Positions 35,599 to 45,360 are shown, numbered from the whole stretch's first letter. The stretch: 63,117 nt of DNA, filler included, from Deltaproteobacteria bacterium (GCA_016218805.1; 4 parts of 4 records of this genome joined end to end with filler, not necessarily neighbours in it), one strand, 5' to 3'. A program made the numbers and translations. Notes: generated by a model not told the origin, from the sequence alone.

Positions 35599-35987
35599 CC
35601 ACGCGCTGCGTGCAATGCTGCCCTTTGTTCCCGAATCGGCCCAGCACTGCGACCCGTCGCAGGTGCACGGGGGTTGGCGCCCGCCGGTAGGTGAAACGAC
35701 AGTCGTTACACATCCGCGGTCGCGTACCTGGCCGGCCGGCTCGACGGCGGCGGGCAGGTGTAATGTTTACGATACGGGCGGGTGACCGGCACCCCCTGCG
35801 CGCCCGTCTGGCCACTTTGGCGTGGCCCCCCAAGCCCTGAGGCAGCGGACCCCGCGGGTTCCCCAGGACGCGCGGTGAGCATCCCGCCGTTGACGCCCCG
35901 CCGGCAGACGCTTTCCCGTCGCGGGTTGCCCGTCCGGTGGTTTGCAGCGCGCGGCGAGTTTCCTCGCCGTCACGCCGCGACTGCGGG

Positions 35988-36887
35988 TCACAGGTCATAG
36001 CGGTACACCTCACCCGCCAGCGTGCCGATGAAGACGTGGCTGCCGCGCGCCGCCATGGCCGTCAGCGCCCCGCCCACGTCCAGCCGCGTGGCGTCTCCCC
36101 CCGCGGCAGGCACTACCAGCAGCGCGCCCTCCTGCACCACACACGCCACGCGGTCCCCGTCCACAAACGCCACCCCCACCGGGATTCCCGCCGCGTCCCA
36201 CTGCGCCACCGCCGTCCCGTCCAGCGCGCTCACGCGCACCAGCCCGTCACCCCCCGCGCTGGCCACACGCCCCGCCGCGGCGTCCACGTCCAGCGCCAGC
36301 ACGCCGCCCAGGTGCGCGGAGAAGGACCCGCGCGCGTTCCCCGTGACGGGGTCAAACCGCCGCACCAGCCCGTCCGCGCCGCCGCTCACCACCTCCTGGT
36401 CTGACCACCACCGCACCGCCGCCGCCTGCTGCAGCCACCGCCGCGTCTCGCTCTGCAACGGGGAGAACACGCGCAGCGTGTTGTCACCCAGCGCCGCCAC
36501 CACCAGCCCCGCCGGGCTGCACGCCACCGCGCGCACGGGGAATACGGTGTCCGTCAGCACACCCGCGCGGCTGCCGTCTGCCGTGTTCCACGCCGTCAGT
36601 CCGTTGGCCTGGCCGCCGGAGAACAGCATGGTTCCCGCCGCGTTGAACGCCACCGCCTGGATGAACCCGGCCCCCACCGCCAGGGACTGCGGCTGGCGGA
36701 GGTCCGCGCCGCGCGTCTCCAGCGCGCCGTCCAATCCAATGGCCACGCGCGCGCCGTCGTCAGACAACGCCAGCGCCGTGACGCGGTGGCCCACCGCCGC
36801 CTCCGCCACGCGCGCCGCCCCGCCCGGTGACCCGCCCGGGCCGCACGCGCACAGGCACACCCACCACCACCACGCCATACGCCGCAT
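35988..36887 (-). CDS. WD40/beta-propeller lipoprotein
   Basis: Lipobox LCAC; repeats V.A.AF...G..L.SGG.DG.VR.(W/F)D. Confidence 0.85.
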   Translation of the reverse strand: MRRMAWWWWVCLCACGPGGSPGGAARVAEAAVGHRVTALALSDDGARVAIGLDGALETRGADLRQPQSLAVGAGFIQAVAFNAAGTMLFSGGQANGLTAWNTADGSRAGVLTDTVFPVRAVACSPAGLVVAALGDNTLRVFSPLQSETRRWLQQAAAVRWWSDQEVVSGGADGLVRRFDPVTGNARGSFSAHLGGVLALDVDAAAGRVASAGGDGLVRVSALDGTAVAQWDAAGIPVGVAFVDGDRVACVVQEGALLVVPAAGGDATRLDVGGALTAMAARGSHVFIGTLAGEVYRYDL

Positions 36888-37076
36888 GGGCGCGGGGTAG
36901 CAGGCCGGGCCGCCGCGCGCCGCGTGCGCGTTCGTCGGATAGAGGCATGATTTCACTCGGGTTCCATCTCGCCTGCGGAGTTGACCATGCCGGGGCTGTT
37001 CCCCTAAGGTCCCCGGAGTTTTCGTGAAGATCGCCCTCGGGATGGGGGCGTGATGACAGAGACGGGCGGACGTCCG

Positions 37077-37865
37077 ATGACAAGACTGCTTGCAGCATGT
37101 TTGGGGCTGGCGCTGGCGACGCCAGGCGCGGCCCACGCCGCGGCGCTCAAGGGCAAGGTGGCACTCAAGGCGCTGCCTCCCAAGGCGGCCGCGGAAGGCC
37201 CCAGGGACTGGCGCGTGCGGCATGGCAGCGCCAAGGCGCCGGAAGTCAGCCCCGTTGTCCCCGCCGCCTACGTGGTGCTGGACGGCGTCCGGACCGGCGC
37301 GGTGACGCCGCCAGCGGAGCACGCACAGATCAGGGTGCAGGGGTTCCGCGCCCGGCCCTCACTGGTGGTGCTGGTGGCGGGGCAGAACCTGGACGTGGTC
37401 AACGGCGACGGGTTCCCCATGACGCCAGTGCTGGGCGGCACGGCGCGCAACCGGCTCAACCCGGATGAGAAGCTTGCCGAGCCCATGCAGAAGCCCGGCC
37501 CCGTTGTCCTGAAGATGCGCGAATGGCCCTCCGTGACTGCCACGGCGCTGGTCCTGGCCAACCGCTTCTACGCCCCGGTGGCCGCGGACGGTTCCTTCTC
37601 CATCGACGAGGTCCCGCCGGGACGCTACGGCGTGAAGGTGTGGGTGGAGGACGGGTGGAAGTTTGAGAAGGGGGACGTGCAGTTTGAAGAGAAGTCCACG
37701 ATGTGGTTGGAAGCGGAGCTCAAGGACTCAGGCGAGGTCACCGGCGAAGTGAAGGAGGCGGAGCTCAAAGCCATCCGCCCGGAACCCAAGGCGCCGGGTG
37801 GAGGTGGAGGAGGCGCGCCGCCGCCGCCACCGCCGCCGCCACCACCGCCGCCACCACCGCCGTGA
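37077..37865 (+). CDS. Exported carboxypeptidase-regulatory-like/cupredoxin-like domain protein with poly-Pro tail
   Basis: Signal peptide; LKGKV; ADGSFSIDEVPPGRY.VKVW; 15 Pro immediately before the stop. Confidence 0.8.
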   Translation: MTRLLAACLGLALATPGAAHAAALKGKVALKALPPKAAAEGPRDWRVRHGSAKAPEVSPVVPAAYVVLDGVRTGAVTPPAEHAQIRVQGFRARPSLVVLVAGQNLDVVNGDGFPMTPVLGGTARNRLNPDEKLAEPMQKPGPVVLKMREWPSVTATALVLANRFYAPVAADGSFSIDEVPPGRYGVKVWVEDGWKFEKGDVQFEEKSTMWLEAELKDSGEVTGEVKEAELKAIRPEPKAPGGGGGGAPPPPPPPPPPPPPPP

Positions 37866-37905
37866 CCACAAAGTCTGCCCCCATCCCGCCCCCGCGGAGC
37901 ACCGA

Positions 37906-39828
37906 ATGTTCAAGTTCAAACTGTGGTCTCTCCCGTTCCTGATGGCTGTCCCGGGCGCTGCCCTGTTCGTCACCCAGACGGACTACCTGGGGCGCGCCAC
38001 GCAGGAGCAGGTGAGCAACCAACTGGCGGCGGCGGTGGCCACGGTGACCATCCTGGTCACTGAGGACGGCAACCGCATGGTGGAGCTGGCTGCGCAAGCG
38101 GCCGGAGATTCCGAGGTTCGCGCGGCGGTGGCCGAAGCCGCGGCGACCAAGGACCCCAAGGCGGTGGACCGCCTGGGCGCCGCGCTGTCCGGACTGCGGG
38201 CGGGAAGTGGCCGCTTCTACATTGGCCTGGCCCGTGACGGCCGGGGGCTGTTCCGCACGGACAAGCCGGAGCGCCGCAATGACCATTTTGGCGGCCTGCC
38301 GCTGGTGCAGGACGGGCTGGCGGGCAACTCGCGGGACGGCGTGTGGCTGGTGGGGGACACCTACCACCGCGTGGCGGTTGCCCCGGTGATGGAGAAGAAC
38401 ACCGTGGTGGGCGCCGTGCTGCTGGCGGATCCGGTGGGGGCGCCTGACGCGGACTACCTGGCCAACGCCTCCAAGCTTCCCGTCGCCATCCAGGCGGACA
38501 ACAAGGTCATGGGCAATGCGCTGGGAACGCTGGACGAGAAGGTCAGCATCTCGCCGGCGCCATTTGGCAAGCCGGAGCGCCCGCATGAGCCCTTCCCGCT
38601 GACCTACGGCGCGGAGGGACAGTGGTTTGGGCAGGCCATCCCGGTGGTGGATGCGTGGCCCAGCCTCAAGGTGGTGGTCGCCGTGCCGTACGCGCCGGCG
38701 TTCGAAGGGCTGGCCCAGGTGCAGTTGTGGTCGCTTGGCCTGGGGGTGTTGGTCTTTGTGCTGGCGCTGCTTTACTCCTTCATGGTCAGCCGCAGCGTGT
38801 ACAGCCCCCTGGGCCGCATCATTGACCATCTCAGCGCATTCACGCAGGGCACCAACGAGGGCATCCTCCCCGAAGCGGCGGTCTCCGGGCCGTACGTGCG
38901 CCTGGCCAAGCTCATCAACATGGTGCTGGAGAAGCGCAGCCCCATCATGAACCCCACGCCGCAGCGCGCATCGGCGGCCGCCGGGGGCAGCGTGGACAAG
39001 TTCCTGGGTGGCGGGGGCCAGGCCGCGCCGGCGCAGCCGCCCAACTTTGATTTTGACGCCATCAAGGCGCCCACGCCGGGCGCGGCCGCGGCCCCGCCCT
39101 CCAATGGCGGCGGTGGCCTGGGAGAGCTGTTTGGCGAGCCCGCCGCCCTGGCCCCGGTGGCCCCGGCGGCGGATGATCCGTTTGCACAGTTTGACCGTGC
39201 GCCGGCGCCCGCGGCCCCCGCGCCGGCGGTGGCGCGGCCGCCACCACCCCCGCCCCCTCCTCCTCCGCCGCCGCCACCTCCCCCGCCTCCTCCACCACCG
39301 CCGCCGCCGCCGCCGCCCGCCTTTGCGCGGCCACCGCCACCGCCCGTGCAGACCTTTGCGGCACCGGGCGGCGCACCCAAGCAGGAGGCCACGGTGATGA
39401 TGGCCAGTCCGCCGGAGCTGCTGGAAGCCTCAGCCAGCCCGTCCGCCCCGGTCCCCGCCGCGCGCGCGCCCCAGGCCGCGCCGCCGCGCGCCCCGCCGCC
39501 GCCACCGCCACCGGCAGTCGCCCGCCCTGCGGCGCCACCACCGCCCCCCTCTGAAGCCACCGTCATGGTGGCGGTCCCCAAGGAGCTGCTGGACCGCTCC
39601 GGCATGGATGAGGAGGAGATGCACTTCCGTGACGTCTTCAACCAGTTTGTGAAGACGCGCGAGCAATGCGGCGAACCGGCCGACGACCTGACCTACGAGA
39701 AGTTTGTGGCCAAGTTGCACAAGAACAAGCAGCAGCTGGTGGAGAAGTACGGCTGCCGCACCGTGCGCTTCCAGGTGTACGTCAAGGCCGGTAAGGCCGC
39801 GCTCAAGGCCGTCCCCGTCCGCGAATGA
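37906..39828 (+). CDS. MXAN_5187-family membrane protein (periplasmic Cache-like domain, Pro-rich region, conserved C-terminal domain)
   Basis: TM-periplasmic-TM layout; EATV.. repeats; C-terminal HFRDVF.QFV..R.QCGE...LTYEKF..KL.KN...L..KY.C..VRF.VYVK.GKAALKA. Confidence 0.8.
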   Translation: MFKFKLWSLPFLMAVPGAALFVTQTDYLGRATQEQVSNQLAAAVATVTILVTEDGNRMVELAAQAAGDSEVRAAVAEAAATKDPKAVDRLGAALSGLRAGSGRFYIGLARDGRGLFRTDKPERRNDHFGGLPLVQDGLAGNSRDGVWLVGDTYHRVAVAPVMEKNTVVGAVLLADPVGAPDADYLANASKLPVAIQADNKVMGNALGTLDEKVSISPAPFGKPERPHEPFPLTYGAEGQWFGQAIPVVDAWPSLKVVVAVPYAPAFEGLAQVQLWSLGLGVLVFVLALLYSFMVSRSVYSPLGRIIDHLSAFTQGTNEGILPEAAVSGPYVRLAKLINMVLEKRSPIMNPTPQRASAAAGGSVDKFLGGGGQAAPAQPPNFDFDAIKAPTPGAAAAPPSNGGGGLGELFGEPAALAPVAPAADDPFAQFDRAPAPAAPAPAVARPPPPPPPPPPPPPPPPPPPPPPPPPPPAFARPPPPPVQTFAAPGGAPKQEATVMMASPPELLEASASPSAPVPAARAPQAAPPRAPPPPPPPAVARPAAPPPPPSEATVMVAVPKELLDRSGMDEEEMHFRDVFNQFVKTREQCGEPADDLTYEKFVAKLHKNKQQLVEKYGCRTVRFQVYVKAGKAALKAVPVRE

Positions 39829-40379
39829 GCACCGCAGCGCTCCTGTGGGTCACCGTGACGCTGGCCGGCGCCGGCGCGGAACCCGCGGCGGCACCCACGC
39901 TGCCCCCGCTGCGCAACCGCCCCATTGTGGTGGTGGACCGCATCCGGAACGCGGGTCTGCTGCTGCCCAGCGTGCAGGAGACCATCAAGGCGGCGGTGAT
40001 TGCGCTCAACAGCCGCTACGGGAACGGCTCCGCGGTCATGGAGGATGAGCTCAACAGCCTGCGCGAACTGCGCCGCCTGTCCCGCGGCATGGTGATGAAT
40101 CCCGGCGCGGACGACGCGCAGCGTGCCCGCATTGCCCTGCTGGAATGGGCGGTGAAAGAGGCTCCCTACCGCGTGAAGGCAACCTTTGTGTTTGACAAGA
40201 AACAGAAGGCGTACGTCGCTGCCGTGGAGTGCCGCCACAAGGACTCGCCTGCGGTCATCCACCGCGCGGAAGGCGCCGGCAAGAGCTATGACGCGGCGGT
40301 GACGGCCCTGGAACCCAAGCTGCGCTCGTTCTGCGGCGTGCTGGACACGGCCGCCGCGGACCGCGCCAAGGCCCCCTGA
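39825..40379 (+). CDS. Hypothetical exported protein
   Basis: Signal peptide; ATGA coupling; native codon usage. Confidence 0.75.
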   Translation: MSTAALLWVTVTLAGAGAEPAAAPTLPPLRNRPIVVVDRIRNAGLLLPSVQETIKAAVIALNSRYGNGSAVMEDELNSLRELRRLSRGMVMNPGADDAQRARIALLEWAVKEAPYRVKATFVFDKKQKAYVAAVECRHKDSPAVIHRAEGAGKSYDAAVTALEPKLRSFCGVLDTAAADRAKAP

Positions 40380-40382
40380 CCC

Positions 40383-41180
40383 ATGTCCCCCCGCCAGTGT
40401 TTCCTTGTTGCCGTCTGCACCGCTGCCCTGGGCGGTTGTCCCAAGAAGCCCGCCACCGCCCCTGACGGGTCCGCCGCCCCGCCACCGCCGCCCGCCGGCG
40501 CGGCAGTCACGCCGGACGCGGGCGCGTTCGCGCCGGGGCTGGTGGCGCAGTCCCGCGTGGCGCTCCGCAAGGACGCGGACGAGAAATCCCGCGCGGTGAC
40601 GCTGCTCAACTTTGGTGAACGCGTGCGCGTGCTGGAGCGGGGCGATGCGTTCCACCGCGTGCAGCTGTCAGACGGCACCCAGGGCTTCCTGCCGGCCCGG
40701 GCCATGGTGGTGGGCATGGCCCAGGAGGCGACGCTGACCGCGGACCAGGACATCTACGTGCGGCCGGATGCGCTGGGACCGGTGCGCAAGCGTGAGAAGC
40801 CGGGCGTGCTCATGTTTGTCACGGCGGACCGCGACGGGTGGCGCCAGGTCACGCTGCCGGACCGCGCGGTGGGCTGGGTGCCGCGTGACCGTGCGGTGAC
40901 GGACGCCGCCGAGGTGGCCGCCGCCGTGGCCCTGTACCGGGGCGAGGCGCTGGCGCAGGACAAGAAACCGGAGCAGGCGGCCCAGGTGTACCAGGACCTG
41001 CTGGCCCAGCAGCCGGGCGCCCGCCTGGCCGCGCTGGTGGCGCAGAAGCTGGCGGCCTTTCCGCGTGATGCGGGACCCGGCACGCTGGACGGGGGTGGCG
41101 CGGCGGACGGCGCGGTGGGCGTGGAGGACGCGGGCGGGCTGGCGGCGGACGCGGCGGGTCCGGCCGGCGGCAAGGGGTGA
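40383..41180 (+). CDS. SH3b-domain lipoprotein with TPR-like helix pair
   Basis: Lipobox LGGC; two SH3b-like units (L.FGERV.VL...FHRV...DG.QGFL; DGWRQV......GWVP); A..VYQ.LL...P. Confidence 0.75.
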   Translation: MSPRQCFLVAVCTAALGGCPKKPATAPDGSAAPPPPPAGAAVTPDAGAFAPGLVAQSRVALRKDADEKSRAVTLLNFGERVRVLERGDAFHRVQLSDGTQGFLPARAMVVGMAQEATLTADQDIYVRPDALGPVRKREKPGVLMFVTADRDGWRQVTLPDRAVGWVPRDRAVTDAAEVAAAVALYRGEALAQDKKPEQAAQVYQDLLAQQPGARLAALVAQKLAAFPRDAGPGTLDGGGAADGAVGVEDAGGLAADAAGPAGGKG

Positions 41181-41182
41181 GC

Positions 41183-41566
41183 ATGCGCGGGATGGGCGCC
41201 CGGGTCCCGGTCCTGGCGGCGTGGCTGGTGGCCGCCTCCGCCGGGGCGCTGGCGGACAAGGACGGGCCGGAGGAACAGGGCCCGCCCAAGAAACTCAAGG
41301 TCATTCCTCAGGACATTGACCGGGTAGAACTCAAGAAGATCATGCAGGGGTTCAGCAACGCGCTGGGCGTCAAATGCGCGTACTGCCACAACCCCCGGGA
41401 CTTCGCGTCGGACGAGAAGAAGAAGAAGCTTGTTGCGCGCGAGTTTGTGAAGATGACGGTGGAGCTGGAAAAAACGTACTTTGCCTACGAAGGCGCACCC
41501 AGCATGAAATACAACTGCTGGGTCTGCCACCGCGGTCACGACGAGCCCCAGCTGCGTCCCAAGTGA
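41183..41566 (+). CDS. Small diheme cytochrome c, PufC (CytoC_RC)-like
   Basis: Signal peptide; KLKVIP, M..F..ALGVKCAYCH, FASDEK..K..AR, CWVCHRG..P. Confidence 0.85.
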   Translation: MRGMGARVPVLAAWLVAASAGALADKDGPEEQGPPKKLKVIPQDIDRVELKKIMQGFSNALGVKCAYCHNPRDFASDEKKKKLVAREFVKMTVELEKTYFAYEGAPSMKYNCWVCHRGHDEPQLRPK

Positions 41567-41597
41567 CCGGCAGACCGACAACGGGAGGGAGGTGGGG

Positions 41598-42353
41598 ATG
41601 GGTGCATCCGTGCTGCTGGCCGCTCTGGCACTTGCCGGGAACTACGCCGTGCAACCGCCCAAGTGGCCCGGGTTCCTCAAAGGCACCGTGAAGGTCTCCG
41701 GCGAAGTGGCCGCGCTGCCACCGCTGGCGGTGGACAAGGACGCCGCCACGTGCGGCAAGGAGGTCCCCTCGGACGAGGTGGTGCTGGGCCAGGGCGGCGC
41801 CCTGTCCGGCGCGCTGGTGTTCATTGAGGACATCCAGGCCGGCCGCGAACTGCCGCGCCGCCAGGTGGCCATGGAGCTGCGCGGCTGCCGCGCGGCGCCG
41901 CCGCTGCAATCCGCCACCGTGGGAGACGAATGGTCCGTGGGCAACAGCGACCAGGGTTTCCACCAGGTTCGCCTGGTGGTGGCGGGCGTGGACGGCAAGC
42001 CCCGCACGCAGCAGAACCTGGGCATCCCCGCGGGGGCCGGACGCATCAAGCAGAAAGCCGCGCAGCCCGGCTGGATTGGCGTGTTGGGGGGCGGGCTGCA
42101 CCCGTGGATGCGCGGCGCCACCCGCGTGTTTGAACACCCCTACCACGGCGTCACGGGGTCGGACGGGACGTTTGACCTCAAGGAGGTCCCCCCCGGGAAC
42201 TACGTGGTGCACGTGTGGCACCCGCGCTTTGGGGACATTGCCCGGCCGGTGGAGGTGAGGGCCGGCTGGGTGGCCCGCGTGGACGTGGAGTTTCCGGCGG
42301 CCAACCTCACCCCCCAAAGCCAGCTGCCGCTGACCCACGCCACCGTGCCGTAG
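41598..42353 (+). CDS. Exported carboxypeptidase-regulatory-like/cupredoxin-like protein
   Basis: Signal peptide; LKGTVK; D...CG; HPWM; HPYH.VT..DG.F.L..VPPG.Y.V.VWH. Confidence 0.82.
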   Translation: MGASVLLAALALAGNYAVQPPKWPGFLKGTVKVSGEVAALPPLAVDKDAATCGKEVPSDEVVLGQGGALSGALVFIEDIQAGRELPRRQVAMELRGCRAAPPLQSATVGDEWSVGNSDQGFHQVRLVVAGVDGKPRTQQNLGIPAGAGRIKQKAAQPGWIGVLGGGLHPWMRGATRVFEHPYHGVTGSDGTFDLKEVPPGNYVVHVWHPRFGDIARPVEVRAGWVARVDVEFPAANLTPQSQLPLTHATVP

Positions 42354-42378
42354 CGCGCCCGAAAATCGGGCGGCCCCC

Positions 42379-45120
42379 TCAGCGCACCGTCACGGTGTAC
42401 GGCATCAACGCGAGCGACCGGCTCTTGCGCGCCAGCATCAGGCGGTCCACCGCGTCGGGGTCATGCAGCAGCAGCGCCACCGCCTCGCGGATCTGCTCGC
42501 GGCGGGCGCGTTCGCCGGTGAACAGGTCCATGGAGACGCTGATGGCCTTGCCCCACCGGCTGACCGTGTCCTCCTTGCCGGTCACAATGCGCACCTCCAC
42601 GGTGTCATCACCCCCCAGGCCCACGCGGGACTTGGCCAGCTCAATGGCGTCCACCAGCCCGCCCAGTTCATCCACCAGGCCCACCTCCTTGGCCTGCGCA
42701 CCGGTCCACACGCGGCCCTGCGCCAGCTCATGCACCCGCTCCACCGGCATCCGCCGCCCGGCGTGCACGCGCTCCAGGAACTGCTTGTAGGTGAGCCCCA
42801 CGTAGCGCTCTATGGTCGCCTTCTCGTCGTCACTGAGCGGGCGGTGGAACCCGCCGCCGGCCAGCTTGCCGCGCGTCTCCTCCCAGCTGGTCACGCCCAC
42901 GCGGTCCAACAGGTCCTGCGCCTCAAAGGACAACGCAAACACCCCAATGGAGCCCGTCAGCGTGGTGGGCTCGGCCACAATGAGGTCCGTGCCGCAGGCG
43001 GCGTAGTAGCCACCGCTGGCCGCCAGGTCTCCAAATGACGCAATGACCGGCTTCTTCTTGCGCAGCTTGGCCACCGCGTTCCAGATGAGGTCGGAGGCCA
43101 TGCTGTCGCCGCCGGGGCTGTCCACCCGCAGCACCACCGCCTTGATGTCGTCGTCTTCGCCCGCGGCCTCCAGCGCCTCCATCAGGTCATCTGACCCCGC
43201 GCCGCCGCCGCCAATGATGGGAATCCCCGGGCCGTTGCCGCTGCGCCCCTGCTTGATGTCCCCCTTGAGCGGCACCACCGCAATGGCCGGCGCCGCCGCC
43301 CACTTCCACTGGCGAAGTTCGCCGCGGCCGTAGCCCTTGTGGAACTCCAGTGACCCCATGCCAAGCTGCTTGCCGGCCACGTCCTCCAGTTCGTCTTCGT
43401 AGATGACGCCGTCCACCAGGTGCTCTTCCGCCGCTTCAGCGGGGCTGAGGATCCCGCGGTCCAGGATCTCCTTCACCTTGTCCACCGTGAGGCTGCGGTT
43501 GCGCGCAATGACGCGCGTGTGCACGTCATACAGCCCATCCAGGATGGCTCGCTGGACCTCCTGGTTCTCCGGTGACGGACCGGTGCGCGTGAGCTGCTCC
43601 GGCGCGCTCTTGTACTTGCCGGCCGCAATGGCCTGGACGTGCACGCCCACGCGGTCCAGCGTGGCGCCCACAAACTGCATCACCACCGCAAACCCGTCCA
43701 GGGACAGCTGGCCCGCCGGGGACAGGTAGATGCGGTCCGCCGCGGAGGCAATGTGGTATTCCTCGTCGCCACCGGCCTCCATGTACGCCACCACGCGCTT
43801 GCCGGCCTTGCGCAGCGCCTCCACGCGTTCACGCAGTTCCACAATGCGGCCCCACCCCGCCTTCACGTTGCGGATGCGCAGCGCCACCACGCGCACGCGG
43901 CGGTCCCGCGCGGCCTGGTCCAGCAGCGCCAGCGTCTCCGGCGGTCCGTCCGCGCTGAGCAGCTGGTCCACCAGCCCCTCCAGCGGGTTGTCCGGCTCCT
44001 GCGGCCCCAGGTCCCCTTCCACATCCACCATGATGGCGCGGCTGCCCAGCTTCAGCAGCGACGGGTAGCGCTCAGCGCTCAGCCGCACGTACGCGCTGCC
44101 CCCGCCCAGCGTCCCAAAACCCCCCGTGCGCGGGTCCGGCACGCCGCCGTACGGCCGCAGGAAACCCGCTCCCGGCATCCACGCGCCCAGCAGGCCGGCG
44201 CCCACGTGTTCGGTGTCCACCTGGAAGCCCACGCCCACCCCTACGCTCTCCAGGGACCGCCCGGACACAAACCGCAGCTGGTCCAGCACGTCCCGCCCCG
44301 CGAACAACCGCTGATCCTTGTACAGCTTCCACCCGGACTGGCCGGCGCCCTGCAGCAGGTCCAGGTGGAACGCATCCAGGAACAGGCTCACGCCCGGCAC
44401 CACCTCCACGCGGGCCAGCGCGTGGGTGTCCACGCGGAGTTTTTCGTCCAGGCGGGCCTCCCAGGAGAACGTGACGCGCTCAAAATACGGGCGCACCGCC
44501 GCGCCAAACCGGACGCTGCGCAGGATGCGGTCATTGCCCACAAACGGGCTGGACCCCTGCTCCAGCGCGGCACCGAAAATCAGGTACCGCAGCGGCCGCA
44601 CCGACACGCCGGCGTCCAGCGTGCCCAGGTTGTAGGTGGCCCGCGAGGTCCCCAGCGTGTGGCGGTAGGCAAAACCCACGCTCAGTTCATCCGCAAAGCG
44701 GAACGCGGCCCCCACGTTCAACCGCAGCGCGCTGGCACCCAGCAGCGGGGACGGCGCGGCGCCGCGCGCATCCACCGTGGGAATGTCCCACAGCTTCATG
44801 GGCGGCCGGATCCAGTCCGCACCCGCCGCCAGCGTCAGGCGCCCCACCAGCCGCAGCCCGCCGTACACGCTGTCCGCCGCACCCATGGGCCCCAGCAGGT
44901 CCGCCCCCGAATGCGCAAACACCGCCTGCGGTCCCTCCATGAAGCCCAGACCGCCCGGGTTGACCACCAGCGCGTGGGCTTCGTCTGCCGTGGCCACGGT
45001 GGACGGTGGCGGGGTCACGCTGCCCATCCGGTCCGGGAGGTTCTGCGCGGACGCGGCGTGGGCGGCGAAGAGGAATGCAGCAGTAAACCTGGTGCGCGGG
45101 GACGGCGGGTACAGGGACAT
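42379..45120 (-). CDS. sppA: Signal peptide peptidase SppA (tandem S49 domains) with N-terminal beta-barrel-like region
   Basis: GKYKSA.E (Lys), LRVDSPGG, AASGGYY (Ser), TLTGSIGV, GRVWTG.QA...GLVD; NPGGLG plus alternating beta strands at the N terminus. Confidence 0.92.
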   Translation of the reverse strand: MSLYPPSPRTRFTAAFLFAAHAASAQNLPDRMGSVTPPPSTVATADEAHALVVNPGGLGFMEGPQAVFAHSGADLLGPMGAADSVYGGLRLVGRLTLAAGADWIRPPMKLWDIPTVDARGAAPSPLLGASALRLNVGAAFRFADELSVGFAYRHTLGTSRATYNLGTLDAGVSVRPLRYLIFGAALEQGSSPFVGNDRILRSVRFGAAVRPYFERVTFSWEARLDEKLRVDTHALARVEVVPGVSLFLDAFHLDLLQGAGQSGWKLYKDQRLFAGRDVLDQLRFVSGRSLESVGVGVGFQVDTEHVGAGLLGAWMPGAGFLRPYGGVPDPRTGGFGTLGGGSAYVRLSAERYPSLLKLGSRAIMVDVEGDLGPQEPDNPLEGLVDQLLSADGPPETLALLDQAARDRRVRVVALRIRNVKAGWGRIVELRERVEALRKAGKRVVAYMEAGGDEEYHIASAADRIYLSPAGQLSLDGFAVVMQFVGATLDRVGVHVQAIAAGKYKSAPEQLTRTGPSPENQEVQRAILDGLYDVHTRVIARNRSLTVDKVKEILDRGILSPAEAAEEHLVDGVIYEDELEDVAGKQLGMGSLEFHKGYGRGELRQWKWAAAPAIAVVPLKGDIKQGRSGNGPGIPIIGGGGAGSDDLMEALEAAGEDDDIKAVVLRVDSPGGDSMASDLIWNAVAKLRKKKPVIASFGDLAASGGYYAACGTDLIVAEPTTLTGSIGVFALSFEAQDLLDRVGVTSWEETRGKLAGGGFHRPLSDDEKATIERYVGLTYKQFLERVHAGRRMPVERVHELAQGRVWTGAQAKEVGLVDELGGLVDAIELAKSRVGLGGDDTVEVRIVTGKEDTVSRWGKAISVSMDLFTGERARREQIREAVALLLHDPDAVDRLMLARKSRSLALMPYTVTVR

Positions 45121-45360
45121 GGTCGGGCAATGTGCTGATCGCCAGGGTGCAGCGTCAAGCCGCGCCCGCGTGAAGCAGTGTGAAGGCCGGTCCTGCGGGG
45201 GCAGACCTCGCGGCGGATTCCGTTGCCTCAACGGCCTTCATCTTCCGCTTCGCTCGTTCATCCTCTGATTGACCGACCGAGCGATTGCGTGAGGCACGCG
45301 CTGGGTACGTGCACACGGGGGGCCCAAGGAGGCGAGTGGGTTCGGGCCTGGCGCTGAGGG

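Noticed and set aside
36982..36996. 15-nt match (tgaccatgccggggc) to the reverse strand of the 258-bp element, copy 1
   Set aside because: Short, GC-rich, does not extend and is not exact in copy 2; compatible with chance.
41183..41566. PufC-like cytochrome as evidence of phototrophy
   Set aside because: Only two hemes and no puf/bch genes in the window; such small homologs occur in non-phototrophs.
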